Positions 26,362-32,000 of a stretch of DNA of 32,000 nucleotides are shown here, piece after piece (position 1 is the stretch's first letter; each line of letters opens with the position of its first letter). The translations under genes and the position numbers were made by a program. The stretch is from an uncultured Candidatus Saccharibacteria bacterium. GTDB taxonomy: Bacteria; Patescibacteriota; UBA1384; XYA2-FULL-43-10; 1-14-0-10-43-13. The stretch lies in contig CAZIYE010000001.1 of assembly GCA_964543385.1 (NCBI GenBank), positions 450,001-482,000 of the forward strand, given 5' to 3'. Under the pieces are notes generated by a model that searched no databases, was not told the origin of the DNA, and saw only the letters and a program-made list of their open reading frames with translations.

Positions 26362-26395
26362 AAAACAAGTTACTCGTTTCGAGTGACTTGTTTTT
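26362..26395 (+). terminator. Intrinsic terminator of tRNA-Ser(TGA)
   Basis: AAAACAAGTTACTCG-TTT-CGAGTGACTTGTTTTT, one internal mismatch. Confidence 0.85.
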
Positions 26396-26415
26396 GTGGT
26401 TAGAATTTGGACAGA

Positions 26416-26445
26416 AAAATGACAGTCTTTTAACGTCATTTTTTA
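26416..26445 (+). terminator. Second terminator-like hairpin
   Basis: AAAAATGAC-AGTCTTTTAAC-GTCATTTTT. Confidence 0.55.
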
Positions 26446-26497
26446 GTTAAGGCTATATACAAAACACTTTGTTGTTTTGATACCTTACTACAGAATG

Positions 26498-26571
26498 GGG
26501 GAGAAAGCTAATTTTGAAAGCGAAACTTCTAGCATAGAAGTTGAAGGTGAAAACCCTTCCTCCTCCGCCAT
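26498..26571 (+). ncRNA. Non-canonical tRNA-like cloverleaf of unknown identity
   Basis: 7-bp acceptor GGGGGAG/CTCCTCC (one G.U), 3-bp D-like stem GCT/AGC, 6-bp stem AACTTC-TAGCATA-GAAGTT, 5-bp T-like stem GAAGG-TGAAAAC-CCTTC, discriminator G and CCA. No GG in the D-like loop and no TTCRA T-loop. Confidence 0.5.
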
Positions 26572-26597
26572 CCTAAAATACTGTTTCAAAATAAGCA

Positions 26598-27305
26598 CTA
26601 AATATTTCTCGTCACCACAGCTCCATATATCCTCTTAGCCCCTGCTTGTTTTAAAATCCTGGCACATTCGCTAAGAGTAGCTCCTGTTGTAAAAACATCA
26701 TCAATCAACAATATATTCTTACCAAAAACAAATTCATTATCATCACATTTGAAGGCGTCTATCATATTATTATATCTACCACTTCTTTGTAATTTTACTT
26801 GATTCTTAGTATTTTTAATTCTTATTAACGCATCAGCACCAGATATGCATAGCCTTTTAGATAAATACCTTGCAATTAATTCAGATTGGTTGAACCCACG
26901 TATGTTATATTTTAGGCGATGCAAAGGAACGGGAACTATCACTATATCGGTTGGAATATCCATATTTTTAATACGCTGATAGATTAGTTCTCCACATATG
27001 TCAGATAGACCGGTAAGCCCATGATATTTAAAGCTTTTTATCAGCTGCTTAACTATGAGCGAATGATAGCTAGTCGCAACATATACCGAGAAAAGATGAC
27101 TGTTATTTTTATTCCTGCAACGAGGACAAAACCTTGAATTTACCGATATTCTTCCACACCCAGGACAGGTTGAAGTGGCTGTTTTTTCTACGTTAGAAAG
27201 GCAATTGCAACATAAGAGATACCCATATTCTCCACAAAATATACACTTGTTTGGAAAGAATAAATTTATAATATTTTCGTAGGTTTTATTTAGCCAAAGG
27301 TGCAT
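26598..27305 (-). CDS. comF: ComF-family phosphoribosyltransferase-like protein
   Basis: Zinc-ribbon-like cysteines 'CIFCGEYGYLLCCNCL...CPGCGRISVNSRFCPRC', PRPP motif 'NILLIDDVFTTGATLSECARILKQAGA', 'GFNQSELIARYL'. Confidence 0.92.
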   Translation of the reverse strand: MHLWLNKTYENIINLFFPNKCIFCGEYGYLLCCNCLSNVEKTATSTCPGCGRISVNSRFCPRCRNKNNSHLFSVYVATSYHSLIVKQLIKSFKYHGLTGLSDICGELIYQRIKNMDIPTDIVIVPVPLHRLKYNIRGFNQSELIARYLSKRLCISGADALIRIKNTKNQVKLQRSGRYNNMIDAFKCDDNEFVFGKNILLIDDVFTTGATLSECARILKQAGAKRIYGAVVTRNI

Positions 27306-27363
27306 TTGAGGTCATTTTACCGTTAAAAAATTTTATGCGCAATTATCCACTACTTTTATGTAG

Positions 27364-27391
27364 TTGACTATTTTCTCCATTAATTTATAAT
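27364..27391 (+). promoter_or_regulatory. Sigma70-type promoter for the small heat-shock gene
   Basis: TTGACT (27364-27369), 16 bp spacer, TATAAT (27386-27391); strong SD AAAGGAGGG just before the ATG at 27445. Confidence 0.65.
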
Positions 27392-27444
27392 TAGAATATG
27401 TTATTGTGATATTTGCTTATTTTTCCTAGTTCCTAAAGGAGGGA

Positions 27445-27819
27445 ATGATGAAAGATGGGGGCCAAGATTGGCTTTCAGATGAAACCGAGGGACAGCTTTC
27501 TGTAGATGTTTACCATGATGAGCATAGCATCTATATCTTAGCCCCTATTGCTGGCGTCAAAGCATCTGACGTCGATATTTCTATTACTGACGAAGTTGTT
27601 ACAGTAAAAGGCAATAGGACCCCTGGCCATGAGTTCGATGATGATAAACATTTCACACAAGAATGTTATTGGGGCCCATTTTCCCGCTCTTATGTATTAC
27701 CTATCGCTGTAAACTCCGAAAGCGCTAAGGCAACACTAAAAGATGGTTTGCTTCGGATTGAAATACCAAAAGACGAAAAAGTTAAAACTAAAGTTATAAA
27801 GATTAATGAGTCGAAATAA
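27445..27819 (+). CDS. Hsp20/alpha-crystallin family small heat-shock protein
   Basis: 'DVYHDEHSIYILAPIAGVKASDVDISITDEVVTVKGNR', 'CYWGPFSRSYVLPIAVNSESAKATLKDGLLRIEIPK'. Confidence 0.93.
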   Translation: MMKDGGQDWLSDETEGQLSVDVYHDEHSIYILAPIAGVKASDVDISITDEVVTVKGNRTPGHEFDDDKHFTQECYWGPFSRSYVLPIAVNSESAKATLKDGLLRIEIPKDEKVKTKVIKINESK

Positions 27820-27836
27820 TTATCCGTTGATTTTTT

Positions 27837-27867
27837 AAGGGCTATTACTTTAAACTAGCTCTTTTTT
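27837..27867 (+). terminator. Intrinsic terminator after the hsp20-like gene
   Basis: AAGGGCTA-TTACTTTAAAC-TAGCTCTT followed by TTTTT. Confidence 0.65.
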
Positions 27868-27942
27868 TATGTTATAATTATTTCACATAAGCAATGATTA
27901 CTATTTTGCTTAGAAAATCTAGACAAAGTTAAGAGAGGTACC

Positions 27943-28827
27943 ATGAGAAAAATTAGAAAAGCAGTAATTCCAGCTGCCGGCTACGGCACACGTTTTTTGC
28001 CAGTTACCAAGGCAATGCCAAAAGAAATGTTGCCCATCGTAGATAAGCCCGTTATTCAATATGTTGTCGAGGAACTAGTGGAAGCGGGGATTGAACAAAT
28101 TATAATTGTAACCGGCTGGCACAAGAGAGCTATCGAGGATCATTTTGACAGGCACCTTGAACTCGAATATAAGCTCAAAGAGAGTGGTAAACTAGAACAA
28201 TTAGAAGAAATAAAAAAGCTATCTGAGATGGCCGAATTTGTATATGTAAGACAAAGACAACAAAGGGGGAATGGCGATGCAATCCTAACAGCAAAGAATA
28301 TAGTAGGGGACGAACCATTTATTGTTTTTTGGGGAGACGATTTTATTTCAGCAGAACCAAGTAGGGCTAGACAACTTATTAGCGCTTACGATAAATATCA
28401 AACCACAATACTAGGAGGAGTCAGGACCAATGACCCTGCAGACGCTAAAAAATATGGTTTTGCTAAAGGGATAGAAATGGCTGATGGAGCTATAAAAATA
28501 GAAGAACTTATTGAAAAGCCCGGTATGGATAAAATGCCTTCAAACCTTGCCATAGTTTCTGGACAAGTTTATTCTCCGGACATTTTTAGCGCACTAGAGA
28601 GTATTAATGTCAGAGAAGGGGAAGAATTAGTCTACATCGACGGGGTCAATAAATTAAGAGAAGAAGGAAAAGATGCTTACGCCGTTGAAATAAAGAACGG
28701 TAAATATTATGATTGTGGTAATGTTGATCAATATTTAAAGACCAATATAGAAATTGCCCTTAAAAGACGGGGTAAAGACAGTGATCTTGCAGATTTTATA
28801 AGAAAAATTGCACAAGAAATTGAATGA
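27943..28827 (+). CDS. galU: UTP--glucose-1-phosphate uridylyltransferase
   Basis: 'KAVIPAAGYGTRFLPVTKAMPKEMLPIVDKPVIQYVVEE', 'QRQQRGNGDAILTAKNIVGDEPFIVFWGDD', 'EKPGMDKMPSNLAIVSGQVYSPDIF'. Confidence 0.94.
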   Translation: MRKIRKAVIPAAGYGTRFLPVTKAMPKEMLPIVDKPVIQYVVEELVEAGIEQIIIVTGWHKRAIEDHFDRHLELEYKLKESGKLEQLEEIKKLSEMAEFVYVRQRQQRGNGDAILTAKNIVGDEPFIVFWGDDFISAEPSRARQLISAYDKYQTTILGGVRTNDPADAKKYGFAKGIEMADGAIKIEELIEKPGMDKMPSNLAIVSGQVYSPDIFSALESINVREGEELVYIDGVNKLREEGKDAYAVEIKNGKYYDCGNVDQYLKTNIEIALKRRGKDSDLADFIRKIAQEIE

Positions 28828-28864
28828 TAATATAATGCGTCTCAGAAATGAGGCTGGAGGGTAG

Positions 28865-30241
28865 ATGAAACACTTTTTCAAAATTTCTAGCTATATCCTA
28901 ATAGCAATATTTTTTTCTATTGCGCTTTCCGGCTGTACAAAGAAGGACAAAGAAGATCCAAAAGCTAAAGAGATTATCGTTTGGAGTTTTGAAGACGAAG
29001 ATATTTGGAAGCCTGTAGCCAAGACATTTGCTACAAAGTACAAAGGCTATAAACTGATCTATCAGAAACAAACATTTGACTCTGATTATGAGAATCGTGT
29101 ATTAAATTCTATTTTATCTAATCAAGGTCCAGACGTCTGGAATATGCCCAGTGACTGGGTTTACAGACACAAAGACAAGTTAGCTTCTATCTCTAAGAAG
29201 GGGATTGGCATAGATAAATATATCCAATCTATCAATCAATCGGTGACATTTGATGAAAAAGTTTACGCTCTTTCTCCATATGCAGAACCATTGATGGTAT
29301 ATTACAACCCAAAAATATTTGAGAATGCCCTCCGTGAATATAACGATGCAAATACAGGATCTGAGAACATCGAAAACCGCAAAGAAGCAAGCAGACTCCT
29401 GAGAGAGGTTCCTCAAACATGGACCGATTTTATAAAAACAGTCAATTTAATAACAAAGATAGATCAAGACAACCAATTTGAAATTTCTGGGGTAGCAATG
29501 GGAACAGATAAAATATCAAATTCTGCTGACATCCTTTACCTTTTAATGCTAGAAAATGAGACCAAAATATTGTCAGATAATTTAAAACAAGCAAATTTTA
29601 ATCTGCCGGTAGACACCGCACAAGAAACAAAAGATATACCAGGACTTAGAGCATTAGAGTTTTATACCTCATTTTCTGATCCATCCAGTGAGAATTATTC
29701 TTGGGATGACTCCTTGGGAAATGATATTGAGGCTTTTGTAGAAGGCAAAACGGCAATGATTTTTGGCTATAGTTCACTTCAGAATCACCTCTCGCAGAAA
29801 TACCCAAATTTTAGATATAAAAGAGCTTTTACTCCGCAGCTAACTGCAGAATCATCCAAGGTAGTAGACTATGCTAAAAGTAATGTCTTCGCTGTAACTG
29901 CCTTAACCTCTAAATATGCCGAGAAGCCAAAGGCATGTTGGAATCTTCTTAATATATTATCTAGTGAATCCCCCGCAGATAGCTTTAATTCTGCGCTCAA
30001 AGTTCATACATCAATAAAAGCTTCTGGTGATGTAGATTTTGGAGACAGAAATACCAATAGCCCTGAAAAAGTTTCTCTTGCCACTGCAAAATCTCTGGTT
30101 AAAGGAAGGGACCCGGTAGAATTTGATAGGATCATAAGACAGAGCATAGCCGCAGTCAATCAAGGGGATCAAGATCTACAATCAGCGCTAGACACAGCAG
30201 CAAGAGACATTACAGATATTCTTCGTAAAGAAAATTGGTAA
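28865..30241 (+). CDS. Extracellular solute-binding (ABC-type, family 1-like) lipoprotein
   Basis: Lipobox 'ILIAIFFSIALSGCTKK'; 'EIIVWSFEDEDIWKPVAKTFATKYKGYKLIYQKQTFDSDYENRVLNSILSNQGPDVWNMPSDW', 'AFVEGKTAMIFGYSS'. No permease or ATPase in the window. Confidence 0.85.
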   Translation: MKHFFKISSYILIAIFFSIALSGCTKKDKEDPKAKEIIVWSFEDEDIWKPVAKTFATKYKGYKLIYQKQTFDSDYENRVLNSILSNQGPDVWNMPSDWVYRHKDKLASISKKGIGIDKYIQSINQSVTFDEKVYALSPYAEPLMVYYNPKIFENALREYNDANTGSENIENRKEASRLLREVPQTWTDFIKTVNLITKIDQDNQFEISGVAMGTDKISNSADILYLLMLENETKILSDNLKQANFNLPVDTAQETKDIPGLRALEFYTSFSDPSSENYSWDDSLGNDIEAFVEGKTAMIFGYSSLQNHLSQKYPNFRYKRAFTPQLTAESSKVVDYAKSNVFAVTALTSKYAEKPKACWNLLNILSSESPADSFNSALKVHTSIKASGDVDFGDRNTNSPEKVSLATAKSLVKGRDPVEFDRIIRQSIAAVNQGDQDLQSALDTAARDITDILRKENW

Positions 30242-30247
30242 AAACTG

Positions 30248-30658
30248 ATGGGTAAAGAAATGTCAAAAAATAAAAAGACGAATCATCGCCTTAAAATTAT
30301 AACCATGTTTATAATTGCGGCTTTCTTAATTTCGATAGCTCTTGTCTTTTTATTTCCTGAGTTTGAAGCGAGTAGCAGTGATGTTTTACCTTCTGGGATT
30401 GATCTGGGTGCTCCTATTCCAGGCTCTGGAGCAACTAGCAATTTCTTTGAATATGTTACTGCTATAGTTGCATTCTGTACTAATATTCTTGGGCCAGTAC
30501 TCGCGATAGCAATGATTATTTATGGAGGATATCGATACATCTTCTCCCAAGGAGATAGCACCGCCTTGACAGAAGGAAAAGACATTATCTTCGGCGCTAT
30601 TATTGGCTATGCGATTCTTTTTCTGACAAAACTCATAATAAATATTATTGGGGTTTAA
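30248..30658 (+). CDS. VirB2/TrbC-like (T4SS pilin-type) small membrane protein, copy 1
   Basis: Signal/TM at N-term, then 'VLAIAMIIYGGYRYIFSQGDSTALTEGKDIIFGAIIGYAILFLTKLIINIIGV'. Confidence 0.78.
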   Translation: MGKEMSKNKKTNHRLKIITMFIIAAFLISIALVFLFPEFEASSSDVLPSGIDLGAPIPGSGATSNFFEYVTAIVAFCTNILGPVLAIAMIIYGGYRYIFSQGDSTALTEGKDIIFGAIIGYAILFLTKLIINIIGV

Positions 30659-30666
30659 CTATATTA

Positions 30667-31029
30667 ATGAAAAAAGTTATTATTGAAAAAATATACTATG
30701 CCTCGTTACTAACAATAGTAATACTAGCGTCTTTTTCAACTGCAAAGGCTGCCACAGGCATCGAGATTAATAGTGGATCGAGCATGGATAGCCTGCCCGC
30801 TATATTAGAATGGCTTATAAATGTATTTTTAGTTGGAATTTTAGGAATAATTGCCTTTGTTGCATTCCTTGTTGGAGGATTTATGTATCTTCTAGCTGGT
30901 TCAGACGCTGCTAAAGCCGAAAAAGGGAAGAAGACTTTAGCTTATGCTGTCACAGGCATGATTTTAGCAATTTTCTCTTATTCTTTCACTTCCATAATAG
31001 TAGATATTTTGAATAATATTTTCCAATGA
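30667..31029 (+). CDS. VirB2/TrbC-like (T4SS pilin-type) small membrane protein, copy 2
   Basis: 'GIIAFVAFLVGGFMYLLAGSDAAKAEKGKKTLAYAVTGMILAIFSYSFTSIIVDILNNIF'. Confidence 0.8.
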   Translation: MKKVIIEKIYYASLLTIVILASFSTAKAATGIEINSGSSMDSLPAILEWLINVFLVGILGIIAFVAFLVGGFMYLLAGSDAAKAEKGKKTLAYAVTGMILAIFSYSFTSIIVDILNNIFQ

Positions 31030-31364
31030 TCAAATTAATAGAAAAAGTAAGTGCAGAAGTAAAAGTTAATTCCGATCCCATGCCAGATGGGATACTTGGT
31101 TTTGTCCGTCAATTTGGTGGTACAGAGGCAAGCTTGGGTTCCGTAGTAGCAATGATAGAGAAAGCGATTGAAGTAGGGCTCACTTTTGCCGGTGTCTTTG
31201 CTTTAATAATGTTTTTGTGGGGAGCATTCGACTATATGTTTTCTTTAGGTGATGACGAAAAAGTTAAAAAATCTAGCCAAACCATGCTTTGGTCATTCAT
31301 AGGTCTTGTAATTATTGCTGCTGCGCGTACAATATTAAATAGAGTAATTGATTTATTAAAATGA
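31026..31364 (+). CDS. VirB2/TrbC-like (T4SS pilin-type) small membrane protein, copy 3
   Basis: ATGA overlap with the previous gene; 'GVFALIMFLWGAFDYMFSLGDDEKVKKSSQTMLWSFIGLVIIAAARTILNRVIDLL'. Confidence 0.75.
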   Translation: MIKLIEKVSAEVKVNSDPMPDGILGFVRQFGGTEASLGSVVAMIEKAIEVGLTFAGVFALIMFLWGAFDYMFSLGDDEKVKKSSQTMLWSFIGLVIIAAARTILNRVIDLLK

Positions 31365-31368
31365 GGAG

Positions 31369-31695
31369 GTGTTAATGAGTTTTATTATCAAAGCATTGGC
31401 AGCCAATGATGATGTGAATACTGACAATCTTGGCCTTCAGCTCGTTGGTGGTGCTAGTGATATCCAGGGGTTGATAACGGCAGTTTTGCCATGGGTAAGT
31501 TTAGCAGCAGGTGTAATTGCATTTGCTTATCTAATTTATTCAGGCTTCCTTTATCTTTCAGCCGGTGGTAATGCCGAGTCTGCAAAGAAGGGCCAACAAG
31601 GAATTCTAAATGCAATTATTGGTTTGATTATTATTGCATTGGCCTACACTATCACCACTGCTCTGGTTGGAACATTCAATAATACCACCAGTTAA
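31369..31695 (+). CDS. VirB2/TrbC-like (T4SS pilin-type) small membrane protein, copy 4
   Basis: 'GVIAFAYLIYSGFLYLSAGGNAESAKKGQQGILNAIIGLIIIALAYTITTALVGTF'. Confidence 0.82.
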   Translation: MLMSFIIKALAANDDVNTDNLGLQLVGGASDIQGLITAVLPWVSLAAGVIAFAYLIYSGFLYLSAGGNAESAKKGQQGILNAIIGLIIIALAYTITTALVGTFNNTTS

Positions 31696-31715
31696 TTCTA
31701 GCCATAAAGTCTTAC

Positions 31716-31752
31716 AAAAAGCCCTTAAGTAGTGATGCTAAGGGGCTTTTTT
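31716..31752 (+). terminator. Intrinsic terminator after copy 4
   Basis: AAAAAGCCCTTA-AGTAGTGATGC-TAAGGGGCTTTTTT (one extra G on the right arm). Confidence 0.8.
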
Positions 31753-31817
31753 AGTAGAAGTTGGCAATATAGCTAATGAATAAATAGTCAGGAGTTTTAA
31801 AATAAAAACAAACATAT

Positions 31818-32000
31818 GATCACTGCCGAAAATATAAAAAATTTGTTTGTCCCAATAATAAATCAGACTGTGACCGCGGAACAGCTTGTAGCTTCAATAG
31901 CCAATATTGCTGCTTCTGTTGCTGGTATAATAGCCTTCTTTTATCTTTTATATGCCGGACTATTATATATAACTTCTGGTAATAATCCAGATCAAGCAAA
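31818..32000 (+). CDS. VirB2/TrbC-like small membrane protein, copy 5 (truncated by window end)
   Basis: Translated directly: MITAENIKNLFVPIIINQTVTAEQLVASIANIAASVAGIIAFFYLLYAGLLYITSGNNPDQAK...; no stop before the window end; too short to appear in the supplied ORF track. Confidence 0.7.

Noticed and set aside
29180-29416. Minus-strand ORFs antisense to the solute-binding lipoprotein gene (29180-29416 and 29232-29420)
   Set aside because: No recognisable product; contained within a well supported CDS.
1-32000. CRISPR arrays, transposases/IS elements, restriction-modification or toxin-antitoxin modules, rRNA, tmRNA, RNase P RNA
   Set aside because: Looked for while reading both strands; no repeat-spacer pattern, terminal inverted repeats with transposase, or matching protein motifs were seen.

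Overview
This window is an ordinary-looking chromosomal segment with a compact, AT-rich gene layout, probably from a Candidate Phyla Radiation / Patescibacteria-type bacterium (inferred from gene content only). It reads in the standard bacterial code. Main blocks: (1) a type IV pilus/competence assembly operon pilB(partial)-pilC-pilM-pilN-pilO plus a small membrane protein (1-4923); (2) single-domain response regulators, a PilX-like protein and a PAS histidine kinase around a divergent promoter (4988-8258); (3) a DEAD-box helicase with a Ser/Arg/Gly/Phe-rich N-terminus, a glycosyltransferase, gltX, a YraN-like protein, rplS, rpmA, a TRM11-like methyltransferase, dnaE, a PH-domain protein, a WecA/MraY-type transferase, a long-form ndk and an M16 peptidase; (4) five tRNAs (Glu-CTC, Gln-CTG, Arg-GCG, Ser-GCT, Ser-TGA), all with encoded CCA; (5) small membrane proteins, an HTH protein with a C-terminal TM segment, an Fe/Mn SOD, comF, hsp20, galU; (6) an orphan solute-binding lipoprotein followed by four complete and one truncated VirB2/TrbC-like proteins (28865-32000). 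The best candidates for something undescribed are a 74-nt non-canonical cloverleaf ending in GCCA (26498-26571), the solute-binding-lipoprotein plus divergent pilin-like array at the 3' end, and a hairpin that incorporates the 3' end of tRNA-Ser(GCT). I saw no CRISPR array, transposase, toxin-antitoxin pair, restriction system or known defence system.
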